Assembly (NCBI RefSeq): GCF_036321535.1 | Contig: NC_087445.1 | Span: forward strand, 77,996,001-78,060,000 | Direction: 5' to 3' | DNA length: 64,000 bases | From: Camelus dromedarius | Taxonomy: Eukaryota | In this document: piece by piece, positions 12,901 to 23,773 of the stretch | Layout of the letters: the number at the start of each line of letters is the position of its first letter | Numbering within the stretch: position 1 is the first letter of the stretch | Position numbers and translations under genes: made by a program | The notes under the pieces: generated by a model | Databases searched by the model: none | The model's input: the letters and a program-made list of their open reading frames with translations, nothing else | Told to the model about the DNA's origin: nothing

Positions 12901-13574
12901 CCCGGGCGGAGAGCCGGGGCTCGCTGGCGCTGACCCCAGGCGCCCAGCAGGACGGGGGGCCCCGGGCCGGCCTCGCCCCACCCTGGAGTGACTTTGCGCC
13001 CCGGAGCCGGCTGCAGAGCGCATGGGCGCTGAGCTCGGGGGGCAGGGATGCAGCATGGAGAGGGGGCCTCGGGGGCCAGAGAGAGAAGGGGTTGGAGGGC
13101 CAGGCCCGGGGCTCACCCAGCCTCGGGATGGACCCCAGGCGAGGCCTGCCCTTTGCCGGCTTCTCCCCGCTGCTCTCCAGGCAGCTGTTCCACTTTGGGA
13201 AGGGCATCTCCTGGGGGGGCAAGCAAGCCAGCCTCTTCAGTCCCCCCCTGAGTCTGCCTCTGCAGGGCCCGTCCTTCTCGGCCTTCCGAGGGACCCAGGC
13301 CGGCCACAGCCCTGTGTTTGGCGGCTCTCACTTGCTCGTGAAGAAGGAAGGGGGCCACTGGCCGCACAGGAAGTCCCAGGTGGGGCTCAGCCTGCAGGGC
13401 AGGAGGAACTCGGGGCCAGAGGAGAGCCTCTTAGACCTGGGGTGCAGGCAGAGGGTGAGGGACCGAGACGACGAAGACCAGGAGGCGCTGGGCAGTGACG
13501 CCAGCGAGCTGAGCGACACCTCGGTAGAGGAGGGTGGCAGCCCCGGGGCCAAGGGCACCGTCCTCAAGCTGTGA
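9981..13574 (+). CDS. PPP1R26: Protein phosphatase 1 regulatory subunit 26, single coding exon, 1197 aa
   Basis: The open frame starts MFLMNAPPVLALQSKWEAFGPPG at ATG 9981 (A at -3) and ends at TGA 13572-13574. It contains repeated DSDDS-(I/V)E..I..(F/Y)L motifs and a KVRF (RVxF-type) PP1 docking motif at 12111-12122. Exon acceptor ctcctccag|G at 9920/9921; AATAAA at 14174-14179. N-terminus and neighbours match my recollection of human PPP1R26. Confidence 0.95.
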   Translation: MFLMNAPPVLALQSKWEAFGPPGICRFPGCFSEPKEGVSRAAVSAKVQMVISTLQGDGAALGMSGEHARPRSQRAERGCGARLAASPAFAACGLAAGFDPKGEEEAADLGPLVLDSDSDDSVDRDIEEAIQEYLKAKSGAAPPPRAADSASRCKPEPPPSSAPTALGPPNLAAGSSQGAGKDQGSASPASVSSDDSFEQSIRAEIEQFLSQKRQRDTPKGGTPADRTAEPSDGPAPSARRPSSTPADRTPDPSDGPATSVRRPSREPVVKAHQQDLAGTCKEFVFRKPPRAAKSGALPRGPRSKVTTEPASTAGRPAEAAPSKGGVRRGAGSGRRRRRARGTAPVCETTDSSSDDGIEEAIRLYQREKRKEASADPPQRAPRAEEKGPGPPAHGAWPEALRKALGKKKPVAAKPSDLTPGGLDPDHPSKPPREVTAPAPPVPTAAKGDLVDRAPCRADTSTELMCAEAILDISKTILPAPPEGSDRPLPASPLPYPPNVPSRSDGDSSSVDSDDSIEQEIRTFLALKAQSGSLLAGTETCPPPPAQSPLPSPGLRAPAFKTPDLSLSCKRKRGGGGVGSAARPCPPKRTRETAMAQEGAQDTDRGQGRAQSGQGKASEALGREGETKGQPLPCRTVGLGDEHAAQDIRGTSSPGPGKAAEVRQVDGKGSSEDKSSSLDSDEDLDTAIKDLLRSKRRLRKRCKDPRVGCKKKVRFSTTETQFLDKLGGFQRDWKDRSPHLLKSCLSKSKKDDRDSPGRPPRVLCRETERAKSDCTATEDAPPALRSRVRATGGNLFSSETEAHELAGPAPSPSSLSDDSSSVDSDDSIELEIRKFLAEKAKESVSGSEIQGGGPTALGTGSMARPEPPCRKVPPPGPALHPGVCTRSQRARASSQQAEGPRGLGRAFTPAGRSSPRAEQACLPAALARCVTVSAKGSPAGRRNVYAHKDQSTRGAEPVVGESAFGQLPGCVDPGARAESRGSLALTPGAQQDGGPRAGLAPPWSDFAPRSRLQSAWALSSGGRDAAWRGGLGGQREKGLEGQARGSPSLGMDPRRGLPFAGFSPLLSRQLFHFGKGISWGGKQASLFSPPLSLPLQGPSFSAFRGTQAGHSPVFGGSHLLVKKEGGHWPHRKSQVGLSLQGRRNSGPEESLLDLGCRQRVRDRDDEDQEALGSDASELSDTSVEEGGSPGAKGTVLKL

Positions 13575-16500
13575 GCGCGCCCCCGGCCGAGGCGCACGGG
13601 GAGCAAGTGTGCGCGTCCCCGCGCGCGTCTGACACTGAGGTCACAGTGCGGGGGGGGGGGGTGCCCGGAGGACCCCGTCAGCCTGTATATCTGTACACTA
13701 ACACGAAACGATGTTTTTATTTAACAGATGTGTCCTGGTAAATATGATTTTTGTAGCTTTTTTGTAAATTATTTAAAGTGCTGTAAAAAATATTTTTAGC
13801 AAATGCTGTCGTCCAATTTTGTAGGGCGTTCCTCGCCCCAGTTCTCGGTCGTCTTCGCACAAGTCTTAGATCCGCAAACGCCTGGGGTTCCACCCGGCCC
13901 AGCCTCTGCCCTTTGGGGCGACTGCTGGTGGAAATACATCTCACGTAAAAGAGCCCCCGGTCCCGGGAGCCCCGAGCGCGACTTCTGAACACTGCCATCA
14001 CCACCTCCGAGCGGAGAAGCGTCTCAAAGCACAAAGGCCGGCAAGCAAACCGGCCGTCCCGGCTGCGTGTGGAAGTCCCGCCGGAGCTCCCCAGGCAGGT
14101 CCCCAGCTCACGCCTGCAGCCCATATGGTTTAATGTCCAGTCCCGTTCGATGATGACATGATTCTAACAGCTCAATAAACCTCTTTTTATACAAGAACTG
14201 CTGTTCTTCGTTTTTAATCACAAGGTGACAGCTGGCCCGCATCAAGTGTCCTTGTCTTGATCGGTGCAAGCAAAGTGGTCCAGACTTCTGAGAACCCAGG
14301 GCAGAGCCCAGCACCCTCCAGGGCCGGGAGTAGTCAGGGCTGCGCTCCGACAGCCTTCCCCGGCCTGCCCGCGTCGCGGCTGCGGGCCGGGCCTGTGTTC
14401 TCGCCGCGCAGCACGGGGTAGAGCGAGGCGTCCTATGCCTTCTGCTCGGAGGCGGGAGGGACAGCTGCGTGCACAGGGCTGGGTGCCCAGTCACGACATC
14501 TGCACGGCGACTGTCGGCAGACTTTCCGCAGCCGCCATGGGTGTCGCACCTCACCTCTGCAGTTCAGCTGTGATGGGCCTGGAGCAGGGCTTACTTTGCA
14601 GCTGACCTTCATTGTTCTTAGAATGAGCAAGTGAATTTTCTACACATTGTCCACCCCTGGGGTTTTAGCAGGAATTCACTTCTGTGCCCAAATGGGGACG
14701 TGCACCAGCACCCACGGTCAGCGTCAGCTGAGTCAGACGCCGTGACGAGCAGGTCCTGTGGCCTCTGTGACTGTCCTTGTCTGCACGACATGCGTGTAAT
14801 ATCTCCTTGGTCGAAAATTCATTCACTTAAATGCTTCCAAGAACAATTTATTAATCCATGCTTTAAATTTGATTTAGTTTTTAGGGACTGCTTTTAACAC
14901 TTGGAAACAAAAATCAGCTTGTTTTGTACGTAAGAACTGGTTTGGGGTTTTGTTTTTGTTCTTGATGCTAATCAATCGGGCACTGCTCATGAGTCAGTTT
15001 ATGTAGTCTGTCATCTGCAGAGTTGCCTCTGGGGGATGTTGATGTGAAACCCCAGCGTCTGGGCCCTGTCAGTGTCCGCCCTGTGCCGTCAGGGCCTTTA
15101 GCCTGAGCACCTCTGCCGCCGCCCATCCCAGGCTCCCCGAGCCTTCCTCTCCTCCCGCCTCCCCAGCCCTGTTCTGTGTGCTTACCGGGCACTACCGGCC
15201 ATCCCTGGATTGCCGACAAGCCACACCGCATGAAAGCTTTTGCTTCCACACCCTACATCCTGGGTCAACCCTGGCACACACTGAGGCCAAGGTCAGAGGT
15301 CCCCGCGCACTGTCTGGAAAGGGACCTGCAGTGGGGCAGACGGGAGCACCGTCAGGGAGCGATGCCCGGCTGTGCGTCTGCCGCTCTGGCCCGGCTCCTC
15401 CGGGGATCCGGGCCCGACCACGCGTCCCGGGAGCTGCTGCACGAGGTGGTAAACGTGTGCCCTCTTGTAGGAAGAGGCTCGGGGAGGATGTGTCACCAGA
15501 TGGAACTGTCGTGACTAAGACCCGTGGCGGGGAGGGTGGAGCTCAGCGGCAGAGCGCCGACTTAGCAGCACGAGGGCCTTGGTTCAGTCCCCAGGGCCTC
15601 CACGAGCAGCAGCAGCAGAAAGACCCACGGACAAGCCTGAGCCAGAGAAGCCCGCTTGCTTCCCGAGAAGGGGCCACGGGGCCTTCCCCTCCCTGCAGGG
15701 AGGAGGGAGTGGCCCCATCTGGGCTGTCTAGTCCTCCGGGGAGGGAGGGAGGACAGGGTCTTCTAAAGGGAAGAGTCACTCCTGACTGCTGCTCCGGACC
15801 TGTCTTCCGCAGGGTTTCCCCAGCCGAGACACACTCACGCCGGGGAACCAGGCACTCAGTCCAAACACTAGCGCTTTATCTGCTCATGTACACAGCATTG
15901 CGCCCTCAATGTCGCATCTCTCTCCTTGAAATTAATTACAGGCCCGTTTAGAGGGGGAGAAAGCACCTCTACCATCCACCCCTGTAACCGCAGCCGGGTG
16001 TGAACCAGGCAAGGCTGCTGCGGACGGGGAGACACACATTGTCTGCAGAATCTCTTGAGGTTTCTGGTGCTCTATGTGTTGGACGTAGGGGACTCCCCCT
16101 GCCAATGTCAGCACATTTCACTCTGTATTTGGAACCATTTATTCTAATTGGAAACAAAAGATGAAATGTCACTGAGGAAAAATACACAAATGAAAACGCA
16201 CCTTTAGAGTAAGTGGTTACTGGGTTTCATCCGACTCAGCAGCTAAATGACGTGACTGGTGAAGTGTTAGGAACGTCTCTTTGTCGACGTTTCATTTCAG
16301 AGCGGAACAAAAAGGCAGATGAAGCCAAGGCCGGCGGCGGCGGGCGGAGAAACAGGCTTTCGGGAACTGCCGTGCGGTTTATCAAATCACCTGCGGAAAC
16401 TGGTTTCTGTTACCCTCTGTGTTCCGATCACCTTTTCCGTAATTATTCTGACTGGATTTGAGCTTTTGGAAGAACTCAGTACAGAGATCAGAAAAACGAT

Positions 16501-17660
16501 GGCTGTCGCTTCCCTTCCATTTTTCACCCATCCGCTCCGTGTGCTCTAACCCTGAGCAGAAGGCATGTTCTTGGACAGTTCAATCAGACCTGTCAATCTA
16601 AACTTCACCTTCCCTCGACACAAAGGTCCCAGTTTGAAAGTATGTTTAAAAAGATCAGTTTCATAAAGTGTATCATCACTGGAGTTCCTGTGTGACCTGT
16701 GCAGAGAGTTAGGGTGGGTCTGGGGGTCACCCAGCCCCTCCCAGGAATTTCAGGGCCTGCTGCAGGGTGCCTCCTCTGGGCCCTAATTTCCCATCTGAAA
16801 ACGGAGGCACAGGAGTCAGGCTTGCCCCCAGGCATGAGCATCAGACGAGGCGACACCGGCAAAGCCCTTGGGACCCTGGAGACATCAGACAGGCGGGCGG
16901 GGGCACAGCCGGCCGGCAGCTCACGGGGCCCAGGTGCCAGAAACGGGAATTAGGAGCCTGGGCTGGAGACGGTGAGTTTTCAGGACGGGCACGCATGTTA
17001 CACAGAAGGTATTTCTGTTTTCTGCCTTTCTGTTTATTCCGTGTACAGAGTTTAACTTTACACGGACTCATTAACACCTGTTACAGAAATACTAGTTATT
17101 GGCCATGACAGTTAACTAAAGCACGTCCTGACTGTGATGCCAGATTAACTGGCATCTGTTCTGTCCATGGATGTCAGCCCGACTGGTCCTCCGAGCCTGC
17201 GCCCCGACACGGCCACCCGCTGAGAGCCAGCCCCGCGGTCCCTCGCACACGCGTGTGGCTGGGCGACGCCGTCTTGTTACAGGGGTGCAGACGTGCCGGG
17301 GCCAAGGTTGGAGGGGAAAGCCACTTCGCCTGCTGGCTTTAGCCTCACCGGGACAACCGGCACCTCCCCACCGGCCGTAGGGGAAGGGATTCCTTCCTTT
17401 CCTTGAGTTTAGAAACTGCGTCGATCGGGTGTTCTCTCTTTTGTTTTATTTGAGTCTAAATACAGAAGCATTCTTGTATTTTGATATTTTTAATGAAAGC
17501 TTGTAAACACTAATTTGCAGCTCGACCCCCGGTGTCTCCGCTGACTTTCCAGCTGAGAAGCTGGATGTTACACAATCCTGGCTTCAGGCTCAGCTTTGTG
17601 TTTTCTGCTCAATATATTGATTTTTCCTGGAAACCATTTCCCACTCCAAACTGAACGTTA

Positions 17661-17750
17661 AGAATGTTGCCTGCATGCATGAGGTCCTGCGTTCAATCCC
17701 CAGAACCTCCATTAAAAAGAAAAATAGAAGTTAATTTAAAAATAAATAAA
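17661..17750 (+). mobile_element. 5'-truncated tRNA-derived SINE (camelid Vic-type)
   Basis: gcatgcatgaggtcctgcgttcaatccccagaacctccattaaaaag (B-box-like GGTTCAATCC) followed by an A-rich tail. Confidence 0.75.
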
Positions 17751-18574
17751 AACGCACCAAAAAGAGATTAACAATAATTTTTTTTAAACCTAAAAAGAGT
17801 GTTGCCAAAATGTTGACTTTTGTGTAATAATAATAAAAAATTTTTAATGAAGAAACAATCGGTCATGGCATTGAATTTCTTCCCAAATCCTTATGTGAGT
17901 AAAATCTCTTCGGGTCAAAGTCTGTGTGGACAAGGTGGCGTCGATGGTCTGTGGCAGTGATTTCTTCTGTCTGGCTCCAGCTCTTTCCAGGTCTCCTGCG
18001 ACGAGCAGGCCCTGCTCCCACACAGCAAGGGGGGCAGCGTCGCGTCTGGAAGATGCTGGAGGACGCATTCTGTCATGGAGAACGTCCCTGTGCGGAGGGG
18101 TCTCTGCATCACAGCAAACGCTGGCTGAGAACTGACTACACAGAGAGGAACGTCCCCTTAACGCAGTTATTACCCCTACTTGAGAAGGATGTATTCTTCC
18201 CTGCCTGCTGTTAACTCTTTATTGAAAATGTAAGCTGAACACCAAGTGGAGCACCACCATCACCGTCACCCCACCCCCGCCAGGCGCACATCACCCCTCG
18301 CCAGCCTCGTCTGTCTGTCCCGCCTCCGCCCCAGCCCTCATCTGTGGCCAGAGGACGGTCAGTCCGACTCCAAGCGTGGCCTCTGGGTCAGGGCCAGCAA
18401 GGGCCCCCCGCCTGCTCCCACCTGGAACTGCCCTCTCGGGGTCTGCTCTGCTTCCCTGCCCAGCTCTCGTCTACACCCTGGGCTGGGCATCCTCCCCTCC
18501 CTCCATGGCCTGGCAGGATGCCTGAGAACAGAAAATCTGCTCTGTAACTTGTCACGAGTATATAAATGGCTCCC

Positions 18575-18655
18575 GGGAGGAGGGGTGGAGAGTAGAACGC
18601 ATGCTTAGCATACACGAGGTCCTGAGTTCAATCCCCAGGACCGCCATAAAAAAGA
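18575..18655 (+). mobile_element. tRNA-derived SINE (camelid Vic-type)
   Basis: gtagaacgcatgcttagcatacacgaggtcctgagttcaatccccaggaccgccataaaaaag. Confidence 0.8.
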
Positions 18656-18668
18656 TTTTGTATTTAAA

Positions 18669-18797
18669 TTCTTTTTTCTTTTTTTTTGGAGGGGATAATT
18701 AGGTTTTTTGGGTTTTTTTAATGGAGGTACTGGGGATTGGACCCAGGACTTAATGCATGCAAAGCATACACTTTACCACTGAGCTACACTCTCCCCC
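18669..18797 (-). mobile_element. tRNA-derived SINE (camelid Vic-type)
   Basis: Reverse complement reads gggggagagtgtagctcagtggtaaag..tgcatgc..gtcctgggtccaatccccagtacctccattaaaaaa plus A-tail. Confidence 0.85.
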
Positions 18798-19206
18798 AAT
18801 TTCTTTTAATTAAAAACGAAAAACAAAAAAATGGCTCTCAAATAAAGACACAGGGAGGGCTATCTGGGCATTCCCAGCATTCAGGCCGAGACTGGGGTCC
18901 CAGGACACCCACCGCCCTGTTCCTTGACTACAGATGACTCGGGAATTCAGGGCAAACATGGCAAGGCCTTTAATGGGAAGGCAAGCTCTGATCCATCTTA
19001 GATGTAAAACGGGGGGGCGGGGGCACCACAGCCCTGGTGGCATGTTTTTCTAACCTAGAGAGGAAAAATACTATATTTGCAGGGGAAGAGTAAAGCGTGT
19101 CCCTTTACAATTGGGCAGATTATCAAAGACTAGGGCTGGCGACTGTCCAGACCGTCACCGCCGGCGCCGGGAGGGCCCTGGACGGAGGGTCTCCCACCGC
19201 TGCCCC

Positions 19207-22200
19207 TCAGTCGCAGATGGACGGCTTGTTGGCCCGGTAGCTGGGGTGGAAGTTGAACCGGTCGAAGGAGGTGATGTAGTTGTCGGGACCTGTCACGATG
19301 CTCTTCTCCATGTACACGTTGAAAGTATTGTTCTGGAACATTCCACCAGCTGCAAGTTGTTTAGAAAATCTATGCGAATTTGGATAAAATACCTTCTGGA
19401 AGTGAAAAGGGAACACTTGGATTAGTGATGCATGGTAGCGCTCTGGAGCAGTCAGTCACGAGGCATTTTTGGAAGAAGAATAAGAATTTGTAAGAAAAGG
19501 TCTCTATCCCTAAGGAGCAGAGAAGCCAGGGTGGGCAGGCTGGCCCGGGTTGCCCCTGACCTTCCCACTTCACGCCTCATGTCAGGCAGTAAGTATTACC
19601 AGTACCTCCTTCCACTAGGACGTGGACAGGAGGGTCCACTACGGCCCCCCGGACGAGGCGCTGCCACACCTGGGCCCGGCACCCGGGTCAGGCCCAAGCG
19701 GCACCCAGGTCTGCGCCTGCCGGCTCTGCTGCTGGGGCCAGTCACCGGGCCGCTCTGCGCTGGAGCTTCCCTTCTGTGGAAAAGAGCCAACGTCAGTGGG
19801 CTTCAGCCTTGCCTGTGTGTTGGAATCCCTTGCGGAACTTTGAAAGGACCCTGATGCCCACACCCCACCAGCCGAGGGGGCCGGGGACGGGCTGCCCTAG
19901 CGAGGCGAGGCCGCCGGCATGTGCGGCCCCCGAGGGTAGGAATCGTTCCGGCAGCACAGCATCCTTAGGTGACCTTGAGGTTTCTGACGCCAGTGGCCTG
20001 GACCACTGCCAGGTAGTACGCCCGGGACAGGCGACCTGTTCTCGGCCATCCTTGTGTCAAGGGGTCACTTGGCGTTTTATCTCTTCGGCAGGAAGCAAGT
20101 GCAAAGAGAAAGGGCTTCAGTGCGTCGTTTAATAGGGTTTGTTTTTCAGGGCAGTTCTGGGTCCACAGAGAACCTGAGCAGGGCGCACAGACTTCCCACA
20201 CCACCTCCTCTCCAGGACACACGGGGAAGCCTCGCATCAGCCTGGTGCCCCCACGACAGCTGAGCCAGTCCCGACAGGTCATTGCTAACTGAAGCCCAGA
20301 GCCTACGTCTGGGTCCGCCTTCTGTGCTGTGCGTTCTGGGCTTTGGCAAGCGGATGGTGAATGACGTGTGCCCGCCATCACGGCGTCACAAAGAATAGCT
20401 TCCTTGGCTGTATTTTCTAAAATGCAAAGAAAGCATTTTTGTTTTCTGTTCCCACATGGGAAGTCCACACTGAGGGCGGCTCAGTGAGTCCAGAGGCCAC
20501 GTCCAGGTCAGGAAACTGCACACCAGGCTCCAGGCAAAGCAGGCTGATAAGGAGCAGGAGCAACTCCTCCCATGCTCGCCTCCTGAGAACCTGGTGCTGC
20601 GCCTCACAGAGCCCCGCGAGCCAGCCAGTGCCTCTTTTATGAAAAGCAAAACATTCGGGCCTACGTTGGTGAGTCCTCTGTCATTTTCATGGAAACAGCT
20701 GATCTCTGGGGAAACTTGGAGCCGCCTGATTCCAGAGAGGGGTCCTGAAGCACTCTAGAAAGCTTCTAGGTAAGTAACCTTCTCGTCAGAGCCCTACCTC
20801 CCATGCACATCAATTAAATAAGCTAATATCCAGATCTTCTAAATGAGGAATAGTCTAAGAGGAAAAACACGGCCACCCCACAATGGGTGGCCCTGCTGTC
20901 TTGAGTACCTAGGGGATGCTTACGCTGGTCCCTCTGCCCTTCTCCTGGACCCAGCGGGGGCATCAGGGGGTTCCAGGACGCCCTCTGCAGTGAGAGGTCG
21001 ATCTCAAAAAGGGGTCGGGTTCCCCCAAAGGCACACAGATCCCTGCGTCCTTCTGTAACCAGTGCTTTCGTCAGCCAGTGCTACCTCTTAAGGCGGCAAG
21101 TTAATAGCTAATAAAACAAGGTATTATTCCAAAAAGAAAGCAGTTCTTCGTTTACTTGCCTCAAAACTTACTGCTTTCGGTTGCAGGAGTTGGTTGGTTG
21201 TATGAGTGAATGGGGCCAGGTCTTTGGGATGTCGTAAGCAAGTCTACATGCAATTTTTTCTTTCTCTCTTTTTTTTCAATCTAGGTAGTTTATTTTGGAG
21301 ACAAAGCAGTACATGCCCTTTTTTCACCCTTTAAATGCTTCATTGCTAAATTCATTCACTCATTTATTTCTACCCTCCCCTGTCGCAAAAGGATTTGCGG
21401 GATCCTTTCCACTTTGTGACGTTGGAACTCTGAGCCCCTCCGCTCCTCCTCCCTCCACGCTGTGCTGCCCTTTTGAGACTTTCAGGGTTTCAGCCTCCTG
21501 CTAGAGACGCCCCACCCACACACACGAGCACGCGCACCGTTCTTTGCTTCCTGCTTACCGGCATCTCATGCACCGTGGGGGCTCTGCTCCCGTAAGCTTG
21601 GTTACTGGTCCTGTACACTGAGGGGGGCTCCTTGGCCCTGGCAGATGAGAAACATACTTTATTTTCCACTCACTTACTCTAAATTCTGCTCAAGCCACAG
21701 CTTTCACATATTGGGTCCATGGAGCCTTGTTGGAAATGCCCCAGGTTGGTGATGCCGCGGTGAACCTGGGCTCCTGCGGAGCGCGAAGCTGGCCTTCCTG
21801 GCAGGCTCAGCCTCCCGGGCCCCGCCCCTGCTGAGCTCTGCCAAAGCCCCGCGGACATCCCAGGTGGCAAGTGCTGGCCCTCAGCCCTGGCGGGGCCTGG
21901 GCCCAGGCCGTCATTTCCCGGGTGGGTGGGCGGGCTGGGAGCGGAGGGGCCGCCCCCAAGGGGAGGGTCCCTCCTACTTCTGAGCCTCCAGGAGAAAGTT
22001 TCACAGAGCGGCGGGGGATTCAGACACCCCAGCTCCGTCGCGTACTAACTGCGGGCTCTCGGGCAAGGCACTATCTTTCTGCATCCCAGCTGTCTCTCCT
22101 GGGAAATGGGGATGATAACAGAGCCAAGTGTACAGGCCGGTGGAGGCACCAAGCGAGGGGCAGGGAAGGCGCCGCCGGCGGGGTCTCAGAGGCTGCGGCG

Positions 22201-22751
22201 CAGGAAAGCTCGCAGGCCACGCCCCTCAGCAGCCTGGTGATGGACGCGTCGCCGGAGCCCCCGCCCCACCTCCGGCAGACGCGTCTTCTCAGCCTAGGGA
22301 GGAGAGGGGACGCCACCCGCCCCGGGGTGCGGCTGGGCTCAGCCTGGGCTGTGGGATTTCCCCTGGGGCACGCCCTGCCCCGTGTCACCCCACCGAGGGG
22401 TGGGAAGCTTCAGGTAGCACTTCTGCGCCCCTCTGATGGTTGACGGGGACCCCGCTTTGACTTGGGGCCAGGCTGGGGCCCGGGGTCTCTTGCACACAGA
22501 GCTATCTAGCAGCGCGCAGGGCCAGCTGGGCATCGGTCGGCTGGACCGGCGGCCTTTCTTTCCTCTTTGCATGCCGGGTGGACCCTGACCAGACTCCCTC
22601 GCCCTCACCTGTAGCCCCGAAACCACGCCGGGTTGTTGAACCTGGCCGGCAGGTCCTCGCTCACGCGGTAGTAGTCACTGGTTTTCTCCGGGGGGCCCTT
22701 GGCCTTGGGCTCCTCCGGCTCCGCGCACACCTGGGGGTTCTCCTCGGACAT
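19207..22751 (-). CDS. PIERCE1: PIERCE1 (C9orf116), ciliary microtubule inner protein; complement(join(19207..19395,21559..21637,22609..22751)), 136 aa
   Basis: Exon 1 MSEENPQVCAEPEEPKAKGPPEKTSDYYRVSEDLPARFNNPAWFRGY; exon 2 RAKEPPSVYRTSNQAYGSRAPTVHEMP; exon 3 KVFYPNSHRFSKQLAAGGMFQNNTFNVYMEKSIVTGPDNYITSFDRFNFHPSYRANKPSICD*. All introns are GT-AG. Lengths 143+79+189=411 nt. Candidate ATTAAA on the minus strand at 18969-18974. Confidence 0.95.
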
Positions 22752-22759
22752 CTCGCCTC

Positions 22760-23773
22760 CGTCCACCCGAGCTTCGGGGACAAGAAAGAGCAGACAGGAA
22801 ACAGCCTCTCAGCCCGCGGGACCACGAGGGTCCGCGCGGCGTCCTGTTGCCAAGCGACGGGCTGGTCCCCTGCGTGGGTGGGCGGGGCCCTTAAAGGCGC
22901 CGCGCCGCGGGGCCCGGGCCCCACGGCTGGCAGGTGGGGCAGAAGTCCGAGGTCTAGAACCTTCTGTGGCGAGCAGCCCAGGCCCTGTGCTGGCCGTGAG
23001 GGTGAGGAATTGCTTCCCGGGGTTGCAGTGCCGAATGCCTTATGGTCAGTAGCCATCGGCCCAGACACTTGCCAACGTTTTCTCAAACGCAGTGGGAGGC
23101 GGATTTCGGGACGGAGGAACCTCGGGCCCTGGTTCAGGTTCCCCAAGGCCGCTCCGCAGGCAGTGAGCTCACGCTCGCCGTGTGGGCTTCTTGACCCCCC
23201 AGCCCTCCGACTTAAGGCCCCCCCCAGAATTAGACTCCAGATTTGCCTAACTATGGAATTCTTCTAAGACAAATGTTGTTCAAAAATTAAAACGCTTTTG
23301 GACAAGCGTGAGGTGGTGCTGTACTGGTCGGAGGTGAGGGCGGTCCCCATCGCTCGGCGGGTTCCCAAGGGGACGACTGGGGGCCTCCTCCGCCTCCGGG
23401 CACCGTGCAGGGAGCGGGCGAGGACCCCGGGAAGGGGGACGGGGCGGGGGGACCCGCCCCCCAGGCCCAGCGCTTGCCCGGACCCCGATCCCGACCCCGC
23501 CTCATGCGCGTCCGCGGTGCCGGGCAGATGTGGGGCTCAGGGCCTCGTGCGTCCGGAGGACGGCGCGCTCCGACCCGAGGCGGGGGCCAAGGGGCGGGGA
23601 CGCGTCGCGAGCGGGGCTCCCGGAGCGAAGCCGCGGGCGCGCAGTGGCACCTCCGGGCCTGCAGGCGGCGCTGCGACAGAGGCGCGGCCCGCGGCGGAAG
23701 GAGGAGCCGCTCGTGGAGCCGCCGCGTCCGTCCGCCCGCCTCCCGCGTCCGCCCGCCTCCCCGTGTCCGCGCC
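22760..23773. promoter_or_regulatory. Bidirectional CpG-island promoter shared by PIERCE1 and MRPS2
   Basis: The start codons at 22751 (-) and 23774 (+) diverge across about 1 kb of CpG-rich DNA. X-box-like GTTGCCAAGCGAC at 22846-22858. Confidence 0.8.

Noticed and set aside
17661-18797. tRNA-like heads with GGTTCAATCC-type B boxes (also at 53049)
   Set aside because: They have A-rich tails, one shows a TSD, and they lack a closed acceptor stem. They are tRNA-derived SINEs, not tRNA genes.
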